Shown here in pieces: positions 8,546 through 17,656 of a stretch of DNA of 64,000 nt (position 1 is its first letter; each line of letters begins with the position of its first letter). The stretch is taken from the IMG/VR virus record IMGVR_UViG_3300046475_000322, positions 4,643 to 68,642 of that record; one strand, written 5' to 3'. The stretch is from a virus (taxonomy: Duplodnaviria; Caudoviricetes). The position numbers and the translations under genes are program-made. The notes beneath the pieces are model-generated. The model searched no databases and was not told where the DNA came from. It saw only the letters and a program-made list of their open reading frames with translations.

Positions 8546-9153
8546 TGGCCACCGTCCAGCGGGGGCAGGTCGTGCGGGATACGGTCCGTCCGGTGCAGCG
8601 GCGACTCGTGCGGGTCCTCCAGCCCGAGCCGCTTCCAGTGCGTCGCCTCGGCGCGCTCCACCGTCAACTCGTCCAGCCGAGCGCGGCCCTTCAGCGGCGA
8701 CTCCTCGCGGAGGGTCTGCGTCGGAGCGATCCGCCGGGTGATCCCGTCCGCCTCGACGGCGTCACCCAGCGGGGCCGCCAGCGGGATGGCGAAGATCGTC
8801 CGCAGCTCCGACTGCGCGACCAAGTCCTCGCCAGCCAACCGGCCCTGACGCCACGTCTGACCGGCGAGCAGACGCTCGGCCAGTGCCGCACGCTGCCCTT
8901 CGACCTCGGCGAGCCGGGCCCGCAGGCGCTCGACCTCCGTCAGCTCCCGGCCCACCGGAACCGGCAGCACGTCCGTCATTCCGCGTAGACCCAGCTCCGC
9001 CAACTCCCGCACCGACCACAGCCGCGGGGAGTCCTCGACTGAACCGGCCAGCGCGTACAGGCCGTGCGCGCCCTCGCGGTCGTAGCCCTTCCGCTCCCAC
9101 GTCGACCCGTCCTGCGTCGACACGAACCGCTGGTCCCTCAGCGGGGCGTTCAT
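8542..9153 (-). CDS. Hypothetical phage protein (203 aa)
   Basis: ORF track; overlapping start/stop. Confidence 0.7.
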   Translation of the reverse strand: MNAPLRDQRFVSTQDGSTWERKGYDREGAHGLYALAGSVEDSPRLWSVRELAELGLRGMTDVLPVPVGRELTEVERLRARLAEVEGQRAALAERLLAGQTWRQGRLAGEDLVAQSELRTIFAIPLAAPLGDAVEADGITRRIAPTQTLREESPLKGRARLDELTVERAEATHWKRLGLEDPHESPLHRTDRIPHDLPPLDGGQ

Positions 9154-9578
9154 GCCAGCACCTCGTTCGCGTCCGCAGCCGCCTCCAGCACCGCGACAAC
9201 CGACTCCGTGGTCCGACCCTCCAGGTCACCCCACCCGTCGACATGCGCCTCCAGGTCGAAGATCCCGCCGAACAACGGGCCCTCCCCGTCGACCTCCAGG
9301 CGCAGCGCCAACACGGCGATCGCGTTGTCGGACAGCAGCGACGTCAGGTGCGGGTCCCCGGTCGTCGCGCACTTCAGCGCCGCCACGATCGACATCGGCC
9401 GCAAGAAATGCGGGACGTCCATCTCCCGGTCGAACGCGTCCGGGACGAAGTCGCCCTGGTACAGCCCGTTCGCCGCGAGGATGCGGGCTGCCGCCCGGAA
9501 CACGCCGGGAACGGTGGCCGGCCTCGCGACCGGCGCCTCGTGAAGGGGAAGAACTCTGGTCTGCGATGATGCGGTCAT
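9150..9578 (-). CDS. DUF6197-like hypothetical protein
   Basis: ATG 9578; AAARILAANGLYQG...WGDLEGRTTESVVAVLEAAA pattern recalled for this family. Confidence 0.65.
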   Translation of the reverse strand: MTASSQTRVLPLHEAPVARPATVPGVFRAAARILAANGLYQGDFVPDAFDREMDVPHFLRPMSIVAALKCATTGDPHLTSLLSDNAIAVLALRLEVDGEGPLFGGIFDLEAHVDGWGDLEGRTTESVVAVLEAAADANEVLA

Positions 9579-9664
9579 AGCCGCCTCGCTTTCTGTGTTG
9601 AGCGGGGTGTGCTGCCAGGGGTCGCCGAGCCGGACAAGCGGGCGGCCCTTCGGCATGAGGTGGG

Positions 9665-9853
9665 TCAGGCGGCGTCGGCCGCGATGTCCGCCGGCCGGGG
9701 CACGGGGACCCGGAACGTCGCGAACAGTGACTTGCCGCGGAGGATCTGCTCCGGCGTGAACCGGGGCGCGTTGGCAACAGCGCGGGCGACGCGCTCGGCG
9801 CAACCGGGGAACGTGGCCTCGCAGTCGGCGAACGAGAACGACTCGCCGCTCAC
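9665..9853 (-). CDS. Small hypothetical protein (62 aa)
   Basis: Overlaps cro stop. Confidence 0.65.
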   Translation of the reverse strand: MSGESFSFADCEATFPGCAERVARAVANAPRFTPEQILRGKSLFATFRVPVPRPADIAADAA

Positions 9854-10149
9854 GGCGCGAGTGCCTTCTGCCGGAGACCTACGAGGCGGAACACCGGCGT
9901 GCAGAGGATGAGCAGTTCCACGCCAATCGCGTGGCAGAGGGCTTCAGCCGTTGAGGCGTAGACCTTCTCGGTTTCTCCGCTGAGGATGTTGCCGACCGTT
10001 CCGTGGGCGACGCCGGCGGCTTCGGCCAGGTCGCGGATGCTCATTTCGGAGCCGGTCTTGGTGCGCTTCATCAGGCGCTTCAGGAGGTCGCGGTCCACTT
10101 CGAAGAGTGGCTCGGGCTTTGTTGCGGGTGCTTGAGCAGGTGCAGTCAC
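9850..10149 (-). CDS. Cro-like XRE HTH protein
   Basis: GTG 10149; MSIRDLAEAAGVAHGTVGNILSG; first gene divergent from repressor. Confidence 0.85.
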   Translation of the reverse strand: MTAPAQAPATKPEPLFEVDRDLLKRLMKRTKTGSEMSIRDLAEAAGVAHGTVGNILSGETEKVYASTAEALCHAIGVELLILCTPVFRLVGLRQKALAP

Positions 10150-10448
10150 GTCTACCTCGTGAGATGTATCGCCTGCGGTGTCTATCCGCTTGGATGGATA
10201 GAGCATGGCACGGCGGCGGACGAGTTGTCCATCCTCTTAGACGGATGAATCTCGCGTGTCTGGCGAGGTAGATGGTTGGGTCTCGTTTTCGCCAACCTGA
10301 GCGTGCGCTCTGGCGCGAGCCGTCCATTTGCATGGACACTCTGTCCGGCGCATAACTCGTCGGGCCTGCGCCACCAGGGGGTATCTGCTCCACACCCCCC
10401 TGACCTCATGGACACCCCACGGCCCATGTAGCGACACGGAGTGGCAGG
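10150..10448. promoter_or_regulatory. Divergent immunity control region
   Basis: Repeated TGTCCAT/ATGGACA boxes at 10226, 10332, 10408; gtccat-ttgc-atggac palindrome 10322-10337. Confidence 0.6.
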
Positions 10449-10862
10449 ATGAGCCTCATGGCGGCGGAAGATCAGCAGGCGACTGGGCCGGCGCGGACCC
10501 AGTTCCGAGACCTGGTGGCCGAGCGGAAGAGTGCGCTCAAGCTCAGCTACATGAGGCTGGCTGCGCAGTGCCTGCATCCGGTCACGGGGCAGCAGACCGT
10601 CAAGCATGCGTGGCTGCAGCGGGTCGTGACTGGCGAGCCTGTCGAAGCTCCCGACTACGACATGCTGCTCGGCATGTCGGAGGGCTTGCAGGTCGACATC
10701 GACGTCCTCCAAGATGCGGCGTCCGCGCAGTTCTTCGGCTCACAGAAGGTGTTCATCGAGTCGGCTGAGGCGAAAGCTTTCCTTGAGGATGCGGACCGGT
10801 TGACGGAGGCCCAACGGGAGGCCGTTCAGGCGTTGATGCGGTCGCTCGCCGAGGGGCGCTAA
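10449..10862 (+). CDS. Probable immunity repressor (XRE-like)
   Basis: Divergent from cro, upstream of integrase; LSYMRLAAQC...KHAWLQRVVTG HTH-like; start may be ATG 10458. Confidence 0.7.
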   Translation: MSLMAAEDQQATGPARTQFRDLVAERKSALKLSYMRLAAQCLHPVTGQQTVKHAWLQRVVTGEPVEAPDYDMLLGMSEGLQVDIDVLQDAASAQFFGSQKVFIESAEAKAFLEDADRLTEAQREAVQALMRSLAEGR

Positions 10863-11066
10863 CGGACGTAGCGGCAGAATCCCCGGCATGATCATTGGCC
10901 TTTGTGACTACGGTCGGTAGTAGTTCGCGGCGGGGTGTAGTCGAACAACGTTCAACATGGCAGCATTACTGAATCGCCCGGGAAGCGTGTGAACAGCGGT
11001 CAACCTGCATGAACGGCATGTTCGGATGCTCGAACAGGTCGAGGTGTGCACGTCCCTGGGGGTGCC

Positions 11067-11336
11067 ATGACGCAAGACAGCAAGGCCAGCGCACGCACAA
11101 CGGTCCGGGCCCAGATCTGTTTCAGCGATGAACTGCCCGCGAACATCCCCCCGTTCGGACTCCCGCCAGGAGTGAACATGATTGAAGTCGAACTCGACGA
11201 CATCACGTACATCATCATCCGGCCGGGCGGTATGGAGCGCCCCCTGTACGACGAGTGGAACCGCTACCTCGACAGGGTTACGACCCAAGGGAATTGGCAT
11301 CGCGAACCCAGCCGCGGCGTGCCCCGCAAGCCCTGA
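11067..11336 (+). CDS. Hypothetical protein between repressor and integrase
   Basis: ATG 11067 (89 aa), natural composition. Confidence 0.6.
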   Translation: MTQDSKASARTTVRAQICFSDELPANIPPFGLPPGVNMIEVELDDITYIIIRPGGMERPLYDEWNRYLDRVTTQGNWHREPSRGVPRKP

Positions 11337-11349
11337 TCCATACAGGCTG

Positions 11350-11383
11350 AAGCCCCCTGACCTGCAAGGTCAAAGGGGGCTTT
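11350..11383 (+). terminator. Hairpin terminator upstream of integrase
   Basis: aagccccc-tgacc/ggtca-aa-gggggcttt interrupted stem. Confidence 0.6.
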
Positions 11384-11443
11384 CCTGTACCTTCGGCCTG
11401 CCAAACACCTGCGCAAGCCACCCTTAACGTGCCAGCATGAGGC

Positions 11444-12850
11444 ATGCGCCACGAACCCGCTGACCCGCAACTCGCCGCGATCTACTGCCGCATGAGCGAA
11501 GACCGCGAAGGCGGCGGCCTCGGCGTCGACCGACAACGCGAAGACTGCGAACAGCTCGCACAGCAACTCGGCATCACCGTCGTCCGCGTCTACACCGACA
11601 ACGACCTCAGCGCCTACAGCGGCAAGCCCCGCCCCGGATACCAGGCCATGCTCGAAGCCCTCCGCGCAGGCACCTACGGCGCCGTCATCGCCTGGCACAC
11701 CGACCGCCTCCACCGCAGGCCCACAGAGCTGGAGGAGTACATCGACGTCTGTGAGCCGCGCCAGATCCAGACCCGCACCGTGAAGGCCGGCAGCCTCGAC
11801 CTGTCCACGGCCACCGGCCGGATGATCGCCCGACAGCTCGGCGTCCAAGCCCGCTACGAAGTCGAGCGGATGATCGAGCGACAACGACGGGCGCGCGAGC
11901 AGAAGGTCCAGCGCGGCGAATGGTCCGGAGGCCCGCGTCCCTACGGCTGGGAAGCCGACGGCGTCACGCCCGTCATCCAGGAGATCGAGGTCATCCGCGA
12001 GGCGGCAGAAGCCGTCCTCGCTGGAGCCTCCATCCGGGCCCTTGCCGTAGACCTCAACAAGCGTGGCCTGCTCAGCAGCACGGGATCTCACTGGGACGGC
12101 AGCACTCTCAGAAGGATGCTCATGCGGCCCCGCAACGCGGGCATCCTCCAGCACCGCGGCGAAGAGGCTGGCCCGTCGAAGTGGGACGCGGCCCTCGATG
12201 AGCCGACGTGGCGCAGCCTGCGCGCCGTCCTCGACGACCCGTCCCGGATCCCCACCGCGTCGAACGTGCGCAAGCACCTCGGCTCCGGCCTGTACCTGTG
12301 CGGCGTGTGCCGCGAGCCGCTCACCTCCTTCTCGAAGGGCAGCGGCCACCCCGCGAAGTACAAGTGCCGCAAGAACAACTGCGTCCTGCGCGACCTGGAC
12401 CTCCTCGACAAGTGGGTCGTCTGGCACCTGCTGCGCCGCCTGAAGGAGCCGGATGCGGCAGAGGTATTCGCCCGCCGGGAAGACGGCGGCCCGGACCTGA
12501 AAGCTACGCAGCAGAAGCTGACGAAGGCGCGCGAGAAGCTCGACGAGCTGGCAGCCGCCTTCGGCGCGGGCGAGATCGATATGCAGGAGTGGCGTATCGC
12601 CCGCGAGGGCGCGCGGGCCAAGAAGGCAGAAGCTGAGGCGATCCTGTCGTCCGCGGTACGGGTGAACCCGATCGCAGAACTGCTCAACGCCGACGACATC
12701 GGCGCCGCATGGACGGCCTGGGACCTGGCCCGGAAGCGGGCAGGAATCGACTGGGCGATGACCGTGCGGGTCCTGCCGGCGAAGATCGGGCGTCAGCCCG
12801 GGGGCGGGTACTGGGATCCCGATGCGGTGGACATCAAGTGGAAGAAGTAG
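11444..12850 (+). CDS. int: Large serine recombinase (integrase)
   Basis: AAIYCRMSEDREG (catalytic Ser), DNDLSA, RPGYQAML, DRLHR, PYGW, zinc ribbon LYLCGVC...YKC, C-terminal coiled coil. Confidence 0.95.
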   Translation: MRHEPADPQLAAIYCRMSEDREGGGLGVDRQREDCEQLAQQLGITVVRVYTDNDLSAYSGKPRPGYQAMLEALRAGTYGAVIAWHTDRLHRRPTELEEYIDVCEPRQIQTRTVKAGSLDLSTATGRMIARQLGVQARYEVERMIERQRRAREQKVQRGEWSGGPRPYGWEADGVTPVIQEIEVIREAAEAVLAGASIRALAVDLNKRGLLSSTGSHWDGSTLRRMLMRPRNAGILQHRGEEAGPSKWDAALDEPTWRSLRAVLDDPSRIPTASNVRKHLGSGLYLCGVCREPLTSFSKGSGHPAKYKCRKNNCVLRDLDLLDKWVVWHLLRRLKEPDAAEVFARREDGGPDLKATQQKLTKAREKLDELAAAFGAGEIDMQEWRIAREGARAKKAEAEAILSSAVRVNPIAELLNADDIGAAWTAWDLARKRAGIDWAMTVRVLPAKIGRQPGGGYWDPDAVDIKWKK

Positions 12851-12883
12851 CAGTGCCCCCGGCCTGTGGCCGGGGGCACTGCT
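12849..12883 (+). terminator. Integrase terminator hairpin
   Basis: Perfect 16-bp stem agcagtgcccccggcc/ggccgggggcactgct with 3-nt loop right after the stop. Confidence 0.75.
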
Positions 12884-13134
12884 GGCCCCTCCTCCGGTCG
12901 CCCGGGAAAAGCTACAGAGGAGGGGCTGCTCACTAGTTGCGTGAATCAACGGTGAACAGTCTGTGTCTTGCAGGTGAATCATGCGGTGTGCCGCAGGCCT
13001 ATGCAAGATGCAAAAGCTCACGCTGCTCAACGACGATTCGGGGCCAAGGTGTCTTGCCCTCACGCTTGAAGTCTGCATCAAAATGTACGGCCGACGATAC
13101 AGACACAAGATCTTCAGCGAGACACCGTGGGCCT

Positions 13135-13371
13135 GTGCTATCCGCCCCGCCACCCGACGACTGGGTCCTCGCCCGCCGCCGCGCCATCGGGGAACAGATC
13201 CGCACCACCCGCCGCGGCCGCAAGCTGTCCCAGGAACGCCTCGCCGAGTTAGCCGGGATGGACCGCCAGGCCATCAACCGGATCGAGCAAGGCCACCAGG
13301 CCGCGTACATCGACACCCTCATCCGCATCGCCGCAGCCCTCGACGTACCCCTCGCCGACCTCGTCCGCTGA
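13135..13371 (+). CDS. XRE-family HTH regulator (78 aa)
   Basis: GTG 13135; LSQERLAELAGMDRQAINRIEQG. Confidence 0.88.
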   Translation: MLSAPPPDDWVLARRRAIGEQIRTTRRGRKLSQERLAELAGMDRQAINRIEQGHQAAYIDTLIRIAAALDVPLADLVR

Positions 13372-13383
13372 GCGGCCGCCCGG

Positions 13384-13704
13384 TCAACGGCACTTCAACG
13401 CGAGAGCGTGCAGAGCACGGCTGTCCGGGCAGTAGTCCCGATGCGAGCAACGGGCGCACGTGCGGACATGGATCCGGTACACGCGGACCGCGCTCTTCCC
13501 GACACACGGACGGCAGGCGCGCGGGAACCACCGCTCTATCGCCCCGCCGGCGACCCCGATCCGCGGGCCCAGGCGCATGCCCGTATCGGCTGGCAGGCGC
13601 GTCCCGCACCACGGGCAGGCCCCGCCCTCAATCTGCTCCGGCGTGAGGCCGCGCAGCTTCGGCATGGGCAGCATCTCGGCCGCGTTGACGAAGCCCGGAT
13701 CCAC
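13384..13704 (-). CDS. Cys/His-rich zinc-binding hypothetical protein
   Basis: GTG 13704 overlapping upstream stop; CPWC, CRPC, HVRTCARC, YC. Confidence 0.7.
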   Translation of the reverse strand: MDPGFVNAAEMLPMPKLRGLTPEQIEGGACPWCGTRLPADTGMRLGPRIGVAGGAIERWFPRACRPCVGKSAVRVYRIHVRTCARCSHRDYCPDSRALHALALKCR

Positions 13705-14039
13705 TACTCCGCCCCCATCTGCGCCCACAGCCCGCACTCGTCCGTCGTGAGCCCGGTCGTCTGCGCGAGGCCCGCGACGAGACGCCACCCGGGCCCGTGG
13801 CTGTGGCGCGACGGTAAGGGTGCGTGCCCGGCGGCGGTGATGCGGGTGCGGCCGCCGGCGGTGGAGATGGTCATCTCGATGGTGGCGGCCCCGGAGTGCA
13901 GGAGTGCGATGTACAGCTCGTTCGCGATCTGCGGTGCGTCCGGGTGTGGGGTGCGGGTCCCGGTCCAGGTGCGGACCCCGGCCGCTTCGACGGGCAGGCC
14001 TTTGAATTGGCGCTGCCAGGTCTGTCCCGATTCGGACAT
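13704..14039 (-). CDS. Degenerate HATPase_c (RsbW/AbaA-like) ATP-binding protein
   Basis: WQRQFKGLPVEAAGVRTW, IANELY, HGPGWRLVAGLA, GLWAQM match Streptomyces AbaA-like fold. Confidence 0.7.
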   Translation of the reverse strand: MSESGQTWQRQFKGLPVEAAGVRTWTGTRTPHPDAPQIANELYIALLHSGAATIEMTISTAGGRTRITAAGHAPLPSRHSHGPGWRLVAGLAQTTGLTTDECGLWAQMGAE

Positions 14040-14063
14040 GAGTATCCCCTGTGACCGGTGACT

Positions 14064-14154
14064 ATCTGAGTACTGATTACCTCGGATCTGTACACAGATT
14101 GTCGCGAGGGATTGGCGTCGGTCAAGTGGGACGGGACAGTATGTGTACTCAGAT
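14064..14154. promoter_or_regulatory. Three 14-bp operator boxes, probably bound by GntR
   Basis: atctgagtactgat 14064, atctgtacacagat 14086, atgtgtactcagat 14141 in the divergent intergenic region. Confidence 0.7.
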
Positions 14155-14184
14155 TGACTGGATCATTCGGAATGGAGTAGCGCC

Positions 14185-14943
14185 GTGGCACAGCCCGAGT
14201 ACCTGCGGATCGCCGCCGACCTGCGGCAACGCATCTCCTCCGGCGAGTACGGGCCCGGCGACCAGATCCCGCCGATCCCCGCCCTCGCCCGGGAGTACGG
14301 CAGCGTGTCCGAGACGACGATCCGCAACGCGCTTCGGCTCCTCGCCAACGAAGGGCTCATCGGCGGCCGCGGTCCCAAGGGCACCCGCGTCCTGCCCCGC
14401 CCGCCCATCCACCGCATGCCGGCCGACCGCTACCGGACCACGCCCGGAGCCCGGTCCACCCCGTACACGCGGGATCAGGGCATCGGCTGGTCCGAGTACC
14501 GGTTGGATAAGAGGTTCGAGCGGGTGGCCGCAACCCAGGAGCTGGCCGCGCTGTTCGAGTGCGAGGTGGGGGAGCGGCTTCTCGCCCGGCATTTCGTGTT
14601 CCACGACAACGACCAGCCCACCCAGATGTCCACCAGCTACGTCCGCTGGTCGGACGTCGAGGGCACCCCGGTCGCCGACCCGATCAACGAACCCTGGCCC
14701 GGCGGCACCCGCGCGCAGCTCGCCTCCGTCGGCATCACCGTCACCCGCATCACCGAGAGCTTCACCTCGGCCATGCCGACCGACGAAGAGGCCACGACGC
14801 TGCGCATAGGGCCCGGCGTTCCCGTCCTGCGGTACACGCGGCGGCACGTCGCCGACACGGGCCGGATCGTCGAGGTGGCGCACCCGATCGTGCGGCGGGG
14901 CGATACGACCGTGGTGGACTTCGTCATCGACCTCGACGAGTAG
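14185..14943 (+). CDS. GntR (HutC/UTRA) family regulator
   Basis: YLRIAADLRQRISSGEYGPGDQIP...TTIRNALRLLANEG; C-terminal UTRA. Confidence 0.93.
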   Translation: MAQPEYLRIAADLRQRISSGEYGPGDQIPPIPALAREYGSVSETTIRNALRLLANEGLIGGRGPKGTRVLPRPPIHRMPADRYRTTPGARSTPYTRDQGIGWSEYRLDKRFERVAATQELAALFECEVGERLLARHFVFHDNDQPTQMSTSYVRWSDVEGTPVADPINEPWPGGTRAQLASVGITVTRITESFTSAMPTDEEATTLRIGPGVPVLRYTRRHVADTGRIVEVAHPIVRRGDTTVVDFVIDLDE

Positions 14944-14962
14944 CGGCCCGTAGAATCAGGGC

Positions 14963-15142
14963 ATGCCCTGCGTCCCCGCCCGCCCTGGTTCCGTGCGGTC
15001 TGCTGCCCAGCTCAACCAGGACATCCGCCAGCTGTGGCTCCGCGCCCGAGGCGGTCTCACCCCGCGGGAACGCGCCGAGTACGAGCGGCTGGTCGTCGCA
15101 TGGGCCGTCGCGGTGAAGGCCGAGATCGTCACCGCAGCCTGA
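14963..15142 (+). CDS. Small hypothetical protein (59 aa), possibly leaderless
   Basis: Hand-translated RSAAQLNQDIRQLW...EYERLVVAW; TAGAAT 6 nt before ATG. Confidence 0.7.
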   Translation: MPCVPARPGSVRSAAQLNQDIRQLWLRARGGLTPRERAEYERLVVAWAVAVKAEIVTAA

Positions 15143-15198
15143 CCCCGGACACGACAACGGCCCCGCCCACCCGAGGAGAGCCGGGCCGATCGGCGTGC

Positions 15199-16521
15199 TC
15201 AGGTCCAAGTACCCGGCGTCCCACCCGCGGTGCACAGGTGCCAGGCGCCGGCCGAGTCAAGGACCACATCCCCGGCCACCCACGTGTCCGTGGTGGGCGC
15301 ACCCGAGGTCGCCTTGAACCCAGCCAGCCGGACGCCGGTCAACCCGTTCTTCGATCCGGCCGCGGCAACGCCTGCGATGGCGACGGTGGGCGTCGTCGGA
15401 TGCGGCGTGACGTGCAGGGCGTGGACGCCGTTCGCCGTGTCCGTGACGAACAAGTCGTTGCTGCCGTCGTTCAGCATCTGAACGGCCCAGCGCTCGACCG
15501 TGCCCGTCGTCAAAGCGAAGCCACCGAAGTTCGACGTCGTCCCCCGGTTGAGGACGATGATCGCGGTGCCGCTGCTGGTGACCGTGAGGCCGCCCTCGGA
15601 GATGTCGACAGGCGCCGTGAAGTGCCCGCCGTTGAGGTAGGCCGTGCCCTGCTCGATCGCGGCGACACGGGTCAAGCAGTCGTTGACGAAGACGTCGAGG
15701 CTGGAGACCGCGATGGAGAGCGAGTTGACGGTGCCGTTCAGCGTGCTGAGGTCGAGCTGGGTGGCGAACTTCGTGTCGGCCCAGGCCCGGTCGCCGTGCG
15801 GGTCGGCAGCTCCGACGTGCGTGCTGACCTTGCCCGTTGCCCCGCTCTGCGTCTCCAGCACCGCAGTGTCGGCGATGCCGTGGACAGAGGTCGTGTCGGC
15901 CTCGTGCGTGCCCACCTTGCTGGTCGCATCCGATGCCGCGGTACTGATCGCGGCAGCCTGCGCAGCGTTGGCCTTCGTCGTCGCATCGGACGCTGCCGTG
16001 CTGATCGCAGCAGCCTGCGCCGAAGCAGCCGCGCCGGCCGCATCGAACAGGGCGACACTGCTGGCCGACAGGGTCGGATCCGGGTACGTCCCAGCGAGTG
16101 CTCCGCCTGCGGGGCCGGTGGGTCCGGACGCTCCGCCATCCGCGCCTTGCGGTCCGCGGGGTCCGATGACGACGACGTAGTCGGTGGGGAGCGCCTCGAC
16201 CTCCAGCACCGTCCCGAGCGAGACCGTGCCTGCGGAGGCGGGCAGGCTGATGTTGCGGGAGATCGGCGGCTGCCCGGTCAACGCCAGGTCCATGCGCCAG
16301 ATGAACGGCTCGTCGAGGGCGTCGGTGGCGACGAGGTTGACGTGCATCCCGGACGCGCCGATGGTGGCGTTCTCCGGGCCGAGGTAGATGCCGCCCGGGT
16401 CGACCAGGACCGGCGGGACCGGCGTGAACGCAGCCGTGCCCTGCCGATCCGTGCCGTCCGGAGAGAGGGGCGGGAAGACAGCGGTGAGCGTGACCGTGGC
16501 CACGCCATCAGGCAAAGGCAT
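15199..16521 (-). CDS. Tail fibre/minor structural protein with short collagen-like segment
   Basis: N-terminal baseplate-type domain, GPRGPQGADG, 19-aa AQAAAISTAASDAT repeats, His-rich repeats, beta-rich tip. Confidence 0.75.
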   Translation of the reverse strand: MPLPDGVATVTLTAVFPPLSPDGTDRQGTAAFTPVPPVLVDPGGIYLGPENATIGASGMHVNLVATDALDEPFIWRMDLALTGQPPISRNISLPASAGTVSLGTVLEVEALPTDYVVVIGPRGPQGADGGASGPTGPAGGALAGTYPDPTLSASSVALFDAAGAAASAQAAAISTAASDATTKANAAQAAAISTAASDATSKVGTHEADTTSVHGIADTAVLETQSGATGKVSTHVGAADPHGDRAWADTKFATQLDLSTLNGTVNSLSIAVSSLDVFVNDCLTRVAAIEQGTAYLNGGHFTAPVDISEGGLTVTSSGTAIIVLNRGTTSNFGGFALTTGTVERWAVQMLNDGSNDLFVTDTANGVHALHVTPHPTTPTVAIAGVAAAGSKNGLTGVRLAGFKATSGAPTTDTWVAGDVVLDSAGAWHLCTAGGTPGTWT

Positions 16522-16533
16522 CTCTGACTCCAG

Positions 16534-16908
16534 TCAGCCGTAAGGCGTGAGGTCTGCGGGCACGGGCTCCTCCGGCTGACCAGCCGCATCGAGTCGACGG
16601 TTCGCCCGCCGGATGACCCCCATCGCCGTGCGGAGCAGCTCGCGCATCCGGTTCTCGCGGGTCGCGCCCTGCTCCATCAGGTCGGTGAGGTGGTCGACCT
16701 TCTGCTCCAACTTGGTGATCTTCGCCTGCATGTCCTGCCAGATCGCGGGTGATACCTGCAACTGCCCGGAGATCTCCACCACTTCAGCAGGGGCGCCAGC
16801 GGTGATCTCGCCCTTCGGCCCGCCGGGACCGCGCCGCCCCGTGTAGATCGCCCCGATCAGGCCGATCGCCGCCACCACAGCGCCCCACAATCCGCTGTCA
16901 GACCCCAT
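16534..16908 (-). CDS. Lysis-cassette membrane protein (1 TM plus coiled coil)
   Basis: LWGAVVAAIGLIGAIY then MQAKITKLEQKVDHL. Confidence 0.7.
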   Translation of the reverse strand: MGSDSGLWGAVVAAIGLIGAIYTGRRGPGGPKGEITAGAPAEVVEISGQLQVSPAIWQDMQAKITKLEQKVDHLTDLMEQGATRENRMRELLRTAMGVIRRANRRLDAAGQPEEPVPADLTPYG

Positions 16909-17326
16909 GGCCGCCGCCCCTCATGCCGTACTCGGGCCACCGGTTGATCTGCATGAGAATGAAGACGAGCGCTCCCCAGGTACAGGTCGAGGTCCACGCC
17001 TGGCCGAAGTCACCGGACAGCCAGGCGATCAGGTTGGCGAGGGACCACAGGGTCATCGGGATGGTGGCGGCGGCGAACCCCCACCGGTCCCATCGAGGCT
17101 TGGGTTCGAAGGCGAGAGCGACCGCAGCCGTGCCGCAGAGAATCCACAGCGCACCCCACCAAGGCATGGGGCGCAGGTGAGTGAGGACGCTGACGCCGCG
17201 CACGATGCCGTACCGGGGGTCCGAGGCGATGCCCCAGCCGTACAGCGTCTCCATCACACCGAACGCGAGGAGGATGCTGCCGCGGCGGCCCAGCCGTTTA
17301 CGGAGCCGTCGGACCGCCGCTCGCAC
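16898..17326 (-). CDS. Four-TM membrane protein, holin-like
   Basis: Four hydrophobic helices, basic N-terminus, follows holin. Confidence 0.7.
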   Translation of the reverse strand: MRAAVRRLRKRLGRRGSILLAFGVMETLYGWGIASDPRYGIVRGVSVLTHLRPMPWWGALWILCGTAAVALAFEPKPRWDRWGFAAATIPMTLWSLANLIAWLSGDFGQAWTSTCTWGALVFILMQINRWPEYGMRGGGHGV

Positions 17327-17635
17327 TCAGGCCGCCTTGACGAAGCTGTCCTGCGCCCGGCCGCTCACACCGACGGGCTTCCAGAACCCGAAGTGCGCGA
17401 GGACAGCGCTGGCGAAGCTGACGAGCGCCAACACTGCGGCGGTACCCACGCTGTACCCGGCGTCGTGCGGGCCGGCGTATTCGGTGACGAACCCGGTCGC
17501 CGTGGACAGCGCGAGCAGAAGCACCGCCTTGACGCCAGCGTCCGTGACTCTGGTGGTGACCAGGCCGACGAGGACAGGCAGGATCACGGAGACGAGCAGG
17601 CCGAGCCAGTAGGCGGAGTCGAGGTGAGCGTTCAT
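17327..17635 (-). CDS. Holin
   Basis: Three TM (LGLLVSVILPVLVGLVT...), directly after endolysin. Confidence 0.8.
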   Translation of the reverse strand: MNAHLDSAYWLGLLVSVILPVLVGLVTTRVTDAGVKAVLLLALSTATGFVTEYAGPHDAGYSVGTAAVLALVSFASAVLAHFGFWKPVGVSGRAQDSFVKAA

Positions 17636-17656
17636 GGCGGGGTTCCTCCCAGGGGG

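Noticed and set aside
10941-11053. SOS/LexA-like boxes
   Set aside because: GAAC-GTTC spacers are 3 and 5 nt, not the 4 nt of the actinobacterial box
11264-13153. 629-aa minus-strand ORF
   Set aside because: Antisense shadow of the integrase, typical of high-GC DNA; no motifs
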